Of a DNA stretch of 64,000 nucleotides, positions 26,965 to 36,929 are shown piece by piece. The translations under genes were made by a program, and so were the position numbers. Source of the stretch: a virus; IMG/VR virus record IMGVR_UViG_3300028837_004134, positions 1-64,000 of that record; one strand, written 5' to 3'. The notes beneath the pieces were generated by a model. It saw only the letters and a list, made by a program, of their open reading frames with translations, made no database searches and had not been told where the DNA came from. Position 1 is the first letter of the stretch; every line of letters starts with the position of its first letter.

Positions 26965-27624
26965 TCACTTTTTTCGGATTGGCCGCCTCACTCCGATGAC
27001 CTTTCCAAGGATGCAAAATCCGTCGTCAGGCCCAATCGGAATGGGTTGGTGTTTCAGATTCTCCGGCCTAAGTTCGATCTTCTCGTCACGAATGTAAAGC
27101 CGCTTCACAGTCGCCTCGTCGCCAAGCAAGGCCACCACGATATCTCCGCTCTCAGCCACTGGCTGCTGGCGGACCACTACGAAGTCCTGGTCGTTGATAC
27201 CAGCGTCGACCATACTGTCACCGGCGATTTCCAACGCGAAACAACGCCCCGACTGTGCGATTCTATCTTCGACCAAGATCTCGCCGATGATGTTCTCCTC
27301 AGCGAGAATCGGTTGTCCTGCAGCTACCTGGCCGACAATAGGCACGGGCAATAAATTCGAGGTTTCATCCTCCGGTTCGCAAATGACAGCAAGCCCCCGC
27401 GCCTTGCGTGGTTCTCTCCGCAGAAAGCCCTTCCGCACGAGTTGGTTCACTTGGTCATGGGCGCTGGCGTGCGATATCCCGAGGATGTCTGCGAGTTCCT
27501 TGATCGTTGGAGGAAATCCTCGCTGGTGTAAGAATCGACGGATATCCTTCAATGTCCTACGCTGTGGGTCGGTTATTTCCTGAACGGGGCGTCTGCCTCT
27601 TGGTTTGCTATTCATGAGAGTCAC
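26965..27624 (-). CDS. lexA: LexA-like repressor (element-borne)
   Basis: wHTH GFPPTIKELA, cleavage site VAAG, catalytic GDSM and TVKR. Confidence 0.9.
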   Translation of the reverse strand: MTLMNSKPRGRRPVQEITDPQRRTLKDIRRFLHQRGFPPTIKELADILGISHASAHDQVNQLVRKGFLRREPRKARGLAVICEPEDETSNLLPVPIVGQVAAGQPILAEENIIGEILVEDRIAQSGRCFALEIAGDSMVDAGINDQDFVVVRQQPVAESGDIVVALLGDEATVKRLYIRDEKIELRPENLKHQPIPIGPDDGFCILGKVIGVRRPIRKK

Positions 27625-28088
27625 CCTTCGTAGTCTCTCAGAAGATTGAAATTGTCTTGGTACTTCTCAAAGCGGGGGCGAGGCGTAACCTGGCCGGTCT
27701 TCCGGCTGACATTCGTGAACATTATCCGATACTTCCCTGCGTTCTTCCCTGTCTTGTTCTGATTTGCCTCCTTCACAAGGTCGAGGGAGGGGACGACCCA
27801 ATAGTGATCGGCTTGTTCAGAGTAGAAGATGAAGAAGAAGTTCGACCTCGGGTTTCGAACTTCCATAGCAGCGAACGTTCCGGCACTTCTTGGATTGCAG
27901 TCTTTCGAACGCGCCTTGATCTGGATATCCAGGTATGTCGGATCGCCATCCACTTCCTTGCGAACCACGCAATCAATCTGTTGGTCATCCACCAGCGTGA
28001 GGTAAACGTCAAAACCACGACGCAGCAGTTCTGCGATTGCAACGAACTCCTGGCGTTTGCCGAACGATGCTGAACTCCTAAACGACAC
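27621..28088 (-). CDS. PD-(D/E)xK nuclease-fold protein
   Basis: GKRQE...IDCVV...DIQIK; likely GTG start at 28088; coupled to lexA. Confidence 0.65.
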   Translation of the reverse strand: MSFRSSASFGKRQEFVAIAELLRRGFDVYLTLVDDQQIDCVVRKEVDGDPTYLDIQIKARSKDCNPRSAGTFAAMEVRNPRSNFFFIFYSEQADHYWVVPSLDLVKEANQNKTGKNAGKYRIMFTNVSRKTGQVTPRPRFEKYQDNFNLLRDYEG

Positions 28089-28159
28089 TTCCGTTCTCCA
28101 CCAACAATTCGAGCCGAGGTGTGCCGTCGGCGCATACCACGGCGAATTCATAAGGTAGT

Positions 28160-28188
28160 ATTATAAGACCTGATAAACGTCAGGGCAA
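28160..28188 (-). promoter_or_regulatory. Sigma70 promoter with embedded palindromic operator
   Basis: TTGCCC-N17-TATAAT; CCTGA-N6-TCAGG at 28169-28184. Confidence 0.75.
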
Positions 28189-28304
28189 TAGGAAAATGTA
28201 CATAAAACCACAAATAACGATTTTAGGGCATGGTGGAGAGATAAAGACCGCTGGCGGATAGGGGGAAGTTGGAGAAAAGAGACTCGCGGATGTGATGGTC
28301 GTGA

Positions 28305-28754
28305 TCAGTCCGTTTGATCTTGGACCAGCTTCTCCCACATCCTGCGCTGGCGGTGCCAGTGAGGAACGGCGGCTACGGGGCGGACGTCTTTCTCCATGAT
28401 CGGATCACGACCCGTAGTAGTGCGGGGAAGGAACAGGATTTCTTCTTGGATGTCCGGAGCAAGATTCAAGAGACTCATGATTTGCGTGATGCGGGCGCGC
28501 GTCACGTAACCCAGGCGGGCAAGGTCGGCATAGTCACTCACTTCGCTGTTTTGGATCAAGCCGGCGAACCGAATGGCGAGCGCCATCAACCGGGAGATAC
28601 GAGGCATGTTGCCAGCTTCGACGTTTCGCTTTTCAGGGTTTGGCTCTAATGCCCGTTTCACTCTGCCTCGGTGCCTGCTCTTGGGTCGAAAGGTCCAGGT
28701 AACCTCCAGGGCGCTTGAACCAGGATCGACCTTTGTCGGATCATCTTGTTTCAT
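28305..28754 (-). CDS. Recombinase-associated hypothetical protein
   Basis: ADLARLGYVTRARITQIMSLLNLAPDIQE HTH-like; overlaps the recombinase stop. Confidence 0.7.
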   Translation of the reverse strand: MKQDDPTKVDPGSSALEVTWTFRPKSRHRGRVKRALEPNPEKRNVEAGNMPRISRLMALAIRFAGLIQNSEVSDYADLARLGYVTRARITQIMSLLNLAPDIQEEILFLPRTTTGRDPIMEKDVRPVAAVPHWHRQRRMWEKLVQDQTD

Positions 28755-30358
28755 TGCGATTCCTTTTCATTGGACGGGCTCTTTTCCGCGCAAAGCGCCT
28801 TGATGCCAAGCGACCGGAATGTCACCTTTATGCTTTCGTCTCTGCCGTCGTAGCCGATGCGCTCGATTAAGAGCTTGATGATCCGGGATTGCTCCCGAGA
28901 GTTAAGTGACTTCCAAACCGGCGTGAAGGCCGACAAGGACCGCGCTATTTCCTCTTCGTCTACCGCTTCCCTCTGCAGGGTGATGATCTCATCTTCGATC
29001 TCCGTCATACGCTGCTCGGCGTTACGAATCTGATCCTGGAGATCGGCCAGTTGGTCAATAGTGGAACTGTCGATTGAAATGCCCGATGGTTCCCCGATGA
29101 GCTTCCGCAGTCTTATGTGCAAACGCCTGAGTTGCTTTTTCTGGACTCGTTGTTCACGGTTCAGTTCCGCAAGGCGGGTTTCACTCTTTGCCTGAACCCG
29201 CCTCACCGTCTCTGCGATGATCTCCTGGTTGGAGCCGATCCCATGGATATGTTCCACTATAAAGGACTCGATATCATGGGCGTTGATAGATTTCGTTGGG
29301 CACGCCGACCACCCTCGTTGCTGAGCATTCAAGCAGACATAATAGCGGTAGCGTCTGTTCTTCTTAACGGTATAAGTGTGCATCATGGCAGTGCCGCAGG
29401 GGACGCAATAGAGTAGCCCTCTTAGAAGCGCTCCGTACTTGCTGCGCACGTCTATTCCGCCACTGCGTGCGTTCTGCCTTAGCAGATCCCGGCCCTGCTG
29501 CCACAGGTCCTCGCTAATAATCTGTTCGTGTTCCCCAGGATAAATCGAATCCTTGTATCTTACTTTTCCAGTGTAGATTACATTGGTAAGCAAACGGAAA
29601 AGGCTATTCTTGGTGAACTGCTTACCTCCGCGCTCCCGTCCCTTTTTGGTGACCCAGTGTTTCGTATGCCAGTTTCGTCGATTGAGTTCCTGCACGACGG
29701 TGAGCAGCCTCTGGCGGTCGAGATACAGGTCGAAAATCGCACGAACCTGTTCAGCTTCCTCCTGGTTGACGACGAGTCGGCCAGCCTGTGAATCAATGTC
29801 ATAACCCAACACCGGCATCCCACCGGTCCATTTGCCCTTTTTTCTCGCTGCCGATATCTTGTCCCGCGTGCGCTCGGAGATGATCTCCCGCTCGAACTGG
29901 GCGAAGGAGAGCAGGATGTTCAGGGTAAGGCGGCCCATTGAACTGGTCGTGTTGAACTGCTGGGTAACCGAAACGAAACTCACACCGTGCTTGTCAAAAA
30001 GCCCGATGATGCGAGAAAAGTCGAGCAGCGAGCGACTCAAGCGATCTACCTTGTAGACCACCACACAATCGATCTCACCATTCTCGATGTCCGAGATAAG
30101 GCGTCTGAGTGCGGGGCGTTCCATGTTACCACCAGTGAAGCCGCCGTCGTTATAAGCATCGGGTTGGCAGACCCAACCCTCATGCTGCTGACTTCTGATG
30201 AATGACTCGGCCGACTCCCGCTGGGCGTCCAGACTGTTGAACTCCTGGTCGAGCCCTTCGTCTGTGGATTTGCGGGTGTATATTGCACAGCGGATGGTTC
30301 CATTGTGATTCGGGCATATATCTCCTGGCGTAGTGTAAGCCCGACTTCCGGAATTCAT
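28751..30358 (-). CDS. Large serine recombinase
   Basis: CAIYTRKST (catalytic Ser), VDRLSR, recombinase domain, CVPC...C...C zinc ribbon, coiled coil. Confidence 0.93.
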   Translation of the reverse strand: MNSGSRAYTTPGDICPNHNGTIRCAIYTRKSTDEGLDQEFNSLDAQRESAESFIRSQQHEGWVCQPDAYNDGGFTGGNMERPALRRLISDIENGEIDCVVVYKVDRLSRSLLDFSRIIGLFDKHGVSFVSVTQQFNTTSSMGRLTLNILLSFAQFEREIISERTRDKISAARKKGKWTGGMPVLGYDIDSQAGRLVVNQEEAEQVRAIFDLYLDRQRLLTVVQELNRRNWHTKHWVTKKGRERGGKQFTKNSLFRLLTNVIYTGKVRYKDSIYPGEHEQIISEDLWQQGRDLLRQNARSGGIDVRSKYGALLRGLLYCVPCGTAMMHTYTVKKNRRYRYYVCLNAQQRGWSACPTKSINAHDIESFIVEHIHGIGSNQEIIAETVRRVQAKSETRLAELNREQRVQKKQLRRLHIRLRKLIGEPSGISIDSSTIDQLADLQDQIRNAEQRMTEIEDEIITLQREAVDEEEIARSLSAFTPVWKSLNSREQSRIIKLLIERIGYDGRDESIKVTFRSLGIKALCAEKSPSNEKESQ

Positions 30359-30906
30359 TCTCGTTCATCCCTCCTCTCGGTTTCATGGTTTCCATTGCTA
30401 CGTACTTTGCTTCCGGTGAGACCGAAGAAAAGAAAGCCGTTCCATTTATTCCCAGTCACTTCACGTGCGATGGCGCTGAGTGATTTGTAGCGGCGATCTT
30501 CGTACTCGAACCCCTCGTCAAGAACCTTGACCACGACGGTCTTGTCACGGAACTCCCGCACAAGAAGCGTGCCCGGCAGAGGAAGACGGGAATCACGGGA
30601 GGTACTGACTCTTCCGCTTATCGTCCTACTGCGCATCTCGGCCGATCCGTACTTGTATGGATCGCGGGGAGTACGGATTCTCAGGTCAGCGTCGTTGGCT
30701 AATTCTTCAGCCCGGCGGCGGGCCCGTTGGGAAAGATCACCTTCAGCCAGAGACTGCAGTCGCCAGGCGATACGTTTGCGTAGGAACTCCTTGTGGTGGG
30801 AGCGAGTCTCCTCACCGAAGACGTCGAGGTATTTCTCCCGCAGCTCCCCGACAGTTATCCTGCCTAATTCCTGGACTTCCTTGTACGTCTCTGCGTTCAT
30901 CTCCAA
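30355..30906 (-). CDS. DUF2924-family protein
   Basis: RIAWRLQ...PGTLLVREF...YKSLSAIAREVTGNKWNGFLFFGL. Confidence 0.85.
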   Translation of the reverse strand: MEMNAETYKEVQELGRITVGELREKYLDVFGEETRSHHKEFLRKRIAWRLQSLAEGDLSQRARRRAEELANDADLRIRTPRDPYKYGSAEMRSRTISGRVSTSRDSRLPLPGTLLVREFRDKTVVVKVLDEGFEYEDRRYKSLSAIAREVTGNKWNGFLFFGLTGSKVRSNGNHETERRDERE

Positions 30907-30954
30907 ACCTCCATTCTTCTCTTCGCAGCGTTAAGTTACCTATGAATGAAGGCC

Positions 30955-31158
30955 TTAGCGGCTCGAACTATCAAGGTGATTCTCCGTAAACGGCTCAGAT
31001 TCTACGACTTGCGCCACATCGGTAGGGATTGATGGGTACTCGGGCGATGGTGAAAGACGTCTTGACTTGAGATGTCTGAAGCAGCCTCCAGCCAGGATTG
31101 AAGCAATCTCTGTTGCGACCTCGTCCGGTTCCGTTGGGAGGTGATCATCGTTATCCAT
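30955..31158 (-). CDS. Small hypothetical protein
   Basis: AAGGAG RBS; downstream of motif P5; EIASILAGG. Confidence 0.45.
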   Translation of the reverse strand: MDNDDHLPTEPDEVATEIASILAGGCFRHLKSRRLSPSPEYPSIPTDVAQVVESEPFTENHLDSSSR

Positions 31159-31198
31159 GTGTTTCTCCTTCGCAGTAAAAGCGCCAGCATACGATAGA

Positions 31199-31227
31199 TA
31201 CCTACCGGAGGTGTTCTTGAATCGTCG
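31199..31227 (-). promoter_or_regulatory. Bipartite promoter motif P5
   Basis: CGAC-N15-CCGGTAGGTA upstream of the DUF2924-recombinase operon. Confidence 0.78.
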
Positions 31228-31428
31228 AACCGGGTTCGTCAGAAACCACCGGGCTGTTAACCAGCGGGAATCTGGAAATGGAGAAACGGAGAATCAGGAG
31301 GAGATATTCGCGGGCATCGGGTGCATATCGTCCGGTTTGTTTTTCACCCCGGAGGGAACGTCTCGGAACGGAGAATCAGGGATGATGTACGGATGCGCTT
31401 AACCCCGCGCAACTCAAACAGAAACGAC

Positions 31429-31490
31429 AAAACCCCGACCGGTTGTCCCGTCGGGGTTTCGCGTTAAACAAAAACCGCCAGAGTTGGCGG
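31429..31490 (-). terminator. Two tandem intrinsic terminators
   Basis: CCGCCA-ACTC-TGGCGG-TTTTT and AAACCCCGAC...GTCGGGGTTTT on the minus strand just after the tRNA-like CCA end. Confidence 0.7.
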
Positions 31491-31499
31491 CTATAATTT

Positions 31500-31510
31500 T
31501 GGCTCCCCGA
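31500..31510 (-). other. Putative att core = tRNA 3' end (TCGGGGAGCCA, tRNA-Asn-like)
   Basis: CCA-ending 11-mer followed by terminators, next to the serine recombinase module; no full tRNA present. Confidence 0.5.
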
Positions 31511-31945
31511 ACGCAACGACCAACATAACCGCTTCCGATCATTCTCACTCTCCCGCCGCTAACCGTAAGTCTTCTAATATCAATAGGATGTCAGCAGGAT
31601 GTGGGGAGAGCGCCGCTCGAAGAGGGCAAGAAACGACATCAATTCCAGTTCCCTCAACATCCTTTATCCCGCCAAGACGTGCAATCTCAGTGGTCTTCAT
31701 TCGTCCGGCCCCCTGTGCGATGTGGTATCCTCGTCAACCCAGTCTTCCTCTTCCCAGGTCATGCCACGGCGGCCGGGTACTTTGCGTGTGGCACCAGCTC
31801 GGTAGAACGGGCAGCTTTTCGGGCCGCGTAGCTTAGGCCCAGAGCGTTGCCACTCTGGGCCCAATCCCCCTCGCTGTGGGCTGGCGCGTCTTGTTCGACC
31901 AGCGTCCTGCAACGGGCTAAAATGAACGCGCGCCAGCCAGAGCAC

Positions 31946-34615
31946 TCATTTGAGCAGCACCATCTTCCGGCTTTCGACGAATTCACCGGCTTCAAGACGG
32001 TAGAAGTAAACACCGCTGGCGACGTCGCTGCCATCCCAGGTACATGAGTATTCTCCCGGGCTGAGGTATTTATCTGCCAGAGTTGTTATCCTCTGCCCCA
32101 TGACGTTGTAGATTTCGAGCTTTGCGTGGGATCCCCGAGGCAAGGAGAACCTGATCTCAGTAATCGGGTTGAACGGGTTCGGGCGGTTTTGCGACAAGAA
32201 GAACGATCCTGGTAACTCTCTCTCGCTTGGATTCTCTGCATCATTGTAATCCCCTGGTGCAGGCCGAGGCTGATCATCCATGCAACCTTGCACAATATTG
32301 AAGCCCTTCTCGTTCTCCTTCACGTCTAAATTCTCATAGAGCGGAACACTTGGCCAATTACGGACAAAGATTCTGTAGCTACCTGCAAGAACGTCCTCAA
32401 ACGAGTATACACCAGCAGCATTAGTCGTGACAGTATCTATGCTATCCGTCAGCGTGTTCACGAGGCACACATACAGACCGTTAATAGGGGTAGCATCGTC
32501 AAGGGTAGGGTCACAGTAATGTTTTGCCCAGCCCTTGATCTCAAACCCAGGCGTGCAGAAGTTCCTGTAGGGCGAACTCCAATCACCCCAGCCGCAATCA
32601 TTATGAGCACGAACACGCCAGTAGTACCTGGTGCCTTGAGCGAGACCGGAGGCGTTGTAGTAAGACGGTTGGGCATCTATCACCGGCAAACTGAAATCGG
32701 GGTTGGTGTCCACCTGGATCTGGTACTTGTCCGCACCACTGACATCACTCCAATCAAGATGGACCGGCTGAGACTGCTTCCTTGCCTCACTATCCGGACT
32801 CACATACAACGGTGCAGGCGGCGCCGATATGACCGTCACTGTCCTGTCCGGACTATCACCGCTGCAACCACAATCGTTACATGCCCGGACATCGTAGGTG
32901 TAATCACCTATGACATTCTTGGTATAGCACTTCTGACTCACGTTGCCCACGTTGTCCCAGGAACCACCATTCTCCCGAATCTCATAGAATGTGGCGCCAG
33001 ACACAGGTGACCAACTCACACAAAACTCGTTATCCACGCACACCGGGTTCGGCGACGCTGTGGGCTGAGGAGGTGGAGGGGGGGGACCATTCACCGTCAC
33101 ACATCGCTGAGGACTATTACCGCTGGTCCCACACTGGTTCTTTGCCTTTACTGTGTAGCAGTATTCGCCCGGGGACGGCTTCGACGTGCACCAGCTTGTT
33201 GTATTGCCGACATTCTGACAACTGCTTCCCACACAGACCTCATACGAAGTCGCACCCGACACCGAACCCCATGTCAGGCAGTATTGTGAATTCACGCATA
33301 CCGGATTGGGCGAAGCCGACGGTGTGCCCGGTGTACCGGGAACATCGACTGCGTAAAAGTTACGAGTTGAACACCAGTAGCCACAACCGCAATCATCATT
33401 GCATCCCGCCACCCGCCAATAATACGTCTTCCAGGGATCAAGGCCGCTTGCATAATAATGTGATGTGGATGTATAGACGTCTATCACCGGGCTGGAAAAA
33501 TCTGAATTGTCATCTACCTGCAAATGATATTCTGTCGCATCCCCGACGTCCGACCAGTCGATAGGTACCGACGGATTAACACAAACCGTTGTGTTATGTG
33601 GTACCAATGGCACCGGTGCGCCGGGAACATCGACTGCGTAAAAGTTACGAGTTGAACACCAGTAGCCACAACCGCAATCATCATTGCATCCCGCCACCCG
33701 CCAATAATACGTCTTCCAGGGATCAAGGCCGCTTGCATAATAATGTGATGCGGATGTATAGACATCTATCACCGGGCTGGAAAAATCTGAATTGTCATCT
33801 ACCTGCAAATGATATTCTGTCGCATCCCCGACATCCGTCCAGTCGATAGGTACCGACGGATTAACACAAGCCGTTGTGTTATGTGGTACCAATGGCACCG
33901 GTGCGCCGGGGGTTTCGCAGTTTATATCCAAAAAGTATTCACCGCTTGCCGTATTATTGCACCATACTACCAAACCATACCAGTCAGTCGACTGCACTGT
34001 ATAAGTAAAGGTCTCATCCCCCGATATGCCATTAACATCTGACTTCCTGATTTGTGCAGAGCGGGTGGCGTAGTATGCGCTGTTCTCTGATTTAAATAAT
34101 GCCACCCCTAAATCAATTGTTCCATTTGTTATATCCAATGTAAAGGTAAATGTCTCCCCTGCTTCTAAATAAACATCCCAGATTTTGACCACATGATATG
34201 AGTCCCAATTATAGGCTCCAAATCTTCCGGGTGGGTCTAGATATTCGCTTCCGTTTTCGTATTCAACGTAACACCCGACTGATCCACTGTATTTCTTAAT
34301 CTTTATCCCCTCCCATCCGGTTGGTGAATGATTGTAATCAGTCACAACATAATCCACTGCATCGCCTGACCATTCAGACGATGCCACCAAGTTGCTAAAT
34401 GAAGTTTCAGTATATAATTGAATATCCCAATCATCGCCACTCATTGGCCTAACCCCTACAACAGCCCAGAAATAATCACCTTGATTGTATTTGAAATACC
34501 ACGGCGTAGTGTATCCCAAGATGTTAATAACCTCTCCATCGGAAAGTACCTGCGCTGGAAATACAGGGGAAGCCATTATCACATAAAACAGGGAAATCAA
34601 TATCAACGTTCTCAT
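31946..34615 (-). CDS. Secreted Cys-rich FN3-repeat protein with FlgD/T9SS-like C-terminal domain
   Basis: Signal peptide MRTLILISLF..., FN3-type YYWRV repeats, SQNRPNPFNP...ASGVYFYRL...KMVLLK. Confidence 0.85.
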   Translation of the reverse strand: MRTLILISLFYVIMASPVFPAQVLSDGEVINILGYTTPWYFKYNQGDYFWAVVGVRPMSGDDWDIQLYTETSFSNLVASSEWSGDAVDYVVTDYNHSPTGWEGIKIKKYSGSVGCYVEYENGSEYLDPPGRFGAYNWDSYHVVKIWDVYLEAGETFTFTLDITNGTIDLGVALFKSENSAYYATRSAQIRKSDVNGISGDETFTYTVQSTDWYGLVVWCNNTASGEYFLDINCETPGAPVPLVPHNTTACVNPSVPIDWTDVGDATEYHLQVDDNSDFSSPVIDVYTSASHYYASGLDPWKTYYWRVAGCNDDCGCGYWCSTRNFYAVDVPGAPVPLVPHNTTVCVNPSVPIDWSDVGDATEYHLQVDDNSDFSSPVIDVYTSTSHYYASGLDPWKTYYWRVAGCNDDCGCGYWCSTRNFYAVDVPGTPGTPSASPNPVCVNSQYCLTWGSVSGATSYEVCVGSSCQNVGNTTSWCTSKPSPGEYCYTVKAKNQCGTSGNSPQRCVTVNGPPPPPPQPTASPNPVCVDNEFCVSWSPVSGATFYEIRENGGSWDNVGNVSQKCYTKNVIGDYTYDVRACNDCGCSGDSPDRTVTVISAPPAPLYVSPDSEARKQSQPVHLDWSDVSGADKYQIQVDTNPDFSLPVIDAQPSYYNASGLAQGTRYYWRVRAHNDCGWGDWSSPYRNFCTPGFEIKGWAKHYCDPTLDDATPINGLYVCLVNTLTDSIDTVTTNAAGVYSFEDVLAGSYRIFVRNWPSVPLYENLDVKENEKGFNIVQGCMDDQPRPAPGDYNDAENPSERELPGSFFLSQNRPNPFNPITEIRFSLPRGSHAKLEIYNVMGQRITTLADKYLSPGEYSCTWDGSDVASGVYFYRLEAGEFVESRKMVLLK
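33336..33910. repeat. 285-bp in-frame tandem duplication (95-aa FN3 unit)
   Basis: Units start at 33336 and 33621, nearly identical. Confidence 0.92.
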
Positions 34616-34748
34616 TGTACCCTCCAAGACTTGTGTTTCACTTCTTACTCGGATTCCTTCGTTGTCCATTCAACCCTCTATAGCTGCATCGTGGTGCAGT
34701 TGCAGAGAATCAGACAGGAGAAATCGGCAGTTTTGTTGAGAAATGCGG

Positions 34749-36911
34749 CTATTCTCGGCCTTCGACCATGCGAAGCTGGCCTTCGGTGACCCAACCGGAG
34801 TCGGTCCAGTAGGTTACGGCGTCGCGGAGAGAGCCGTAATACGCCCGTGCGTCCTCAATCGGTGGCAGTTTGCCTTCTGCGACCAGGTGCCGGCGGTGGG
34901 TTATCAGGAAATCGTTCATGGCAACTTTGATGACTCGCAGGCGGTGATCAATGGTATAGATCAGCGAAGGCGTGTACTCGAATTTGACGGATTCGGAGAT
35001 ATGGACCTGAATTTGGCCGTCGTCAGCCAATCGTATGCCGTTGGGGCCGGGGGAGTTGTACCCCATAGGTAGCTCGCCGGGAAGGCAACCAATGTCTGAT
35101 TTGGGAAAGAGAATGTAGCCCACTTGATTTCCTGGAATCCACCAGGGGTATTCGTTTTCTATACCAGGTTCGATGGGCGAGAAACCCTGAATGGAATCAG
35201 GTCTCAGTACTAGCAAGGCAACGCATTTCTTCCTGTTATAGAATCCTGTAAATAGAATCTCCTGCTGGCCGTCGCGGTCTATGTCTATCATCTTCTGGAC
35301 GACCCCGTGCCCCCAGTGAATATACCATCCCAGCGAGTCGCCGTTCGGATTCCACAGTCGAAGATGTGCGCGAGCCGGTAGCTCCTGGTAAACCGTGGAG
35401 ATGATTATTGGTCCGTTCCTCGTCTCCGCAATCCCTAGATAGCCCGCATCATATTGCACTCCTGTGGTGTCTTTCGGATATCTTCCCAGAATGGCTGCGT
35501 TTCGCATCCACCGAAGCTGCCCGTCATGCGAATAGAACCGGAGGAGCGCCCTGTCGTTACATACTTCATCGATTCTCGGCAGGAAGACGACCTCGTTCTT
35601 GCCATCGCTGTCGAAATCATACAACCGGCCAAAACATGTGGCCCAGAGATTATCGCTGGTGATCTTGGAAATAGGACACGACAGCACGTCAGCCCATAAC
35701 AAAGTACTGTCCCGGTTGTAGACTTCAAGTCCGTTAGTTGCTGGGTTGGCGATGGCATAGACAGGATTATCGTCAAACCAGGGCATGTAACTGGCCGGAG
35801 CCACCAGGTAGTACAACACAGCCAGCATGACCAGCAGTGCCGGAACCTCTACCCAAACCGACCGCTTTGCTTTCCATGCCCTGCGTGCGACATAAGCGGC
35901 TGCTGAAGACCGCTCAGCCAATATCAAACGGGGATCGTTGACCACGGCCCCGATGGTCTCCACTCCGGCCAGATCGAGCCTTCGGCCAGGATCCTTCTTT
36001 TCCAGCTCCAATACCTGTGTCTGTGCGTCGGCCAGGTGCTTGCGGGGAATCACCAGGAGACTCAGATACGAATGGAAGGCCCGATAGATCTTGAGTTTGA
36101 GAGCATCGCTATCTACCGGACTGAGTCTGCCATCGGCTGACAGGGCTCCGCTGAACGCCACCGAAGGCGAAACCGAAAGTTTGTCGCGGAATACCTCTGT
36201 TCTAGTCATGGCAGCGATGGCACCAACCGCAAAAGCCACGCCCAGGGAATCACCTGTAAATCTAGCACCGGAAGAGTCAACGGCATAATCAAATCGGTAG
36301 CGCTTCTTGTGTGGCAACCCGTATCGAGTTTCGAGGAATGCCCGTGCGGCCTTGATGGAATCGCGAGCCTGGGCAAGGAATCGATCATCGGGTTCACTCA
36401 CCGGATTGCGAACAACGACGTCATCGTCTTCTGCTTGTGAGGATATCCTGGAGGCGGTGACGATCAGATTCAATATGCGGCCTCTTGGGAGCAGATCCAA
36501 ATCCGGATAATGTTCCACGAAAAGGCAGGTGATGCGCACAGAACTTCCCGGCGACGAATGTAAAAGCGGAGATTTTTCCGCACCCATATCGATCTTGCCA
36601 GCCAGGCACGAAAAGGCATCGATATCATCCGGAGACACGACGACAGTTGGCTGTGTCTTCAGAAGATCAACCAGTCTCTCAACAGATTCAGTTTCCTCAG
36701 GTAGGAATTCCTGGGGATCACTCTTGCCGGCTGCGATGGCGAGAGTCGGGATAAACTCACGGAAGTAGGACTCAATCCCTGCACCTTGATGGGACGCAAC
36801 GGGATCAAAGAACCGCAGCCCGCACAGTAACCTCAGTTCAGGCATCTGTGCCAGCTTCAGGTCGTGGCGAAGTCGTGATGCCGCCCTTTCGATTTCTAAT
36901 ATGGAATTCAA
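34749..36911 (-). CDS. Membrane protein: Lon/S16 protease domain, TM helix, FG-GAP-like C-terminal domain
   Basis: TGDSLG (Ser), AFSGAL...LKLK (Lys)...LVIP; TM VPALLVMLAVLYYLV; DFDSDGKNEV and DIDRDGQQEI. Confidence 0.72.
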   Translation of the reverse strand: MNSILEIERAASRLRHDLKLAQMPELRLLCGLRFFDPVASHQGAGIESYFREFIPTLAIAAGKSDPQEFLPEETESVERLVDLLKTQPTVVVSPDDIDAFSCLAGKIDMGAEKSPLLHSSPGSSVRITCLFVEHYPDLDLLPRGRILNLIVTASRISSQAEDDDVVVRNPVSEPDDRFLAQARDSIKAARAFLETRYGLPHKKRYRFDYAVDSSGARFTGDSLGVAFAVGAIAAMTRTEVFRDKLSVSPSVAFSGALSADGRLSPVDSDALKLKIYRAFHSYLSLLVIPRKHLADAQTQVLELEKKDPGRRLDLAGVETIGAVVNDPRLILAERSSAAAYVARRAWKAKRSVWVEVPALLVMLAVLYYLVAPASYMPWFDDNPVYAIANPATNGLEVYNRDSTLLWADVLSCPISKITSDNLWATCFGRLYDFDSDGKNEVVFLPRIDEVCNDRALLRFYSHDGQLRWMRNAAILGRYPKDTTGVQYDAGYLGIAETRNGPIIISTVYQELPARAHLRLWNPNGDSLGWYIHWGHGVVQKMIDIDRDGQQEILFTGFYNRKKCVALLVLRPDSIQGFSPIEPGIENEYPWWIPGNQVGYILFPKSDIGCLPGELPMGYNSPGPNGIRLADDGQIQVHISESVKFEYTPSLIYTIDHRLRVIKVAMNDFLITHRRHLVAEGKLPPIEDARAYYGSLRDAVTYWTDSGWVTEGQLRMVEGRE

Positions 36912-36929
36912 CTCCCCATGCCCCCCATC

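Noticed and set aside
31250-31510. Intact tRNA-Asn gene
   Set aside because: Only an 11-nt CCA end is present; the anticodon-like GGCTGTTAACC at about 31252 is on the opposite strand and too far away.
31588-31945. Short ORFs between the att core and the secreted protein gene
   Set aside because: Possibly a gene remnant (...WEEEDWVDEDTTSHRGPDE) but I cannot assign it.
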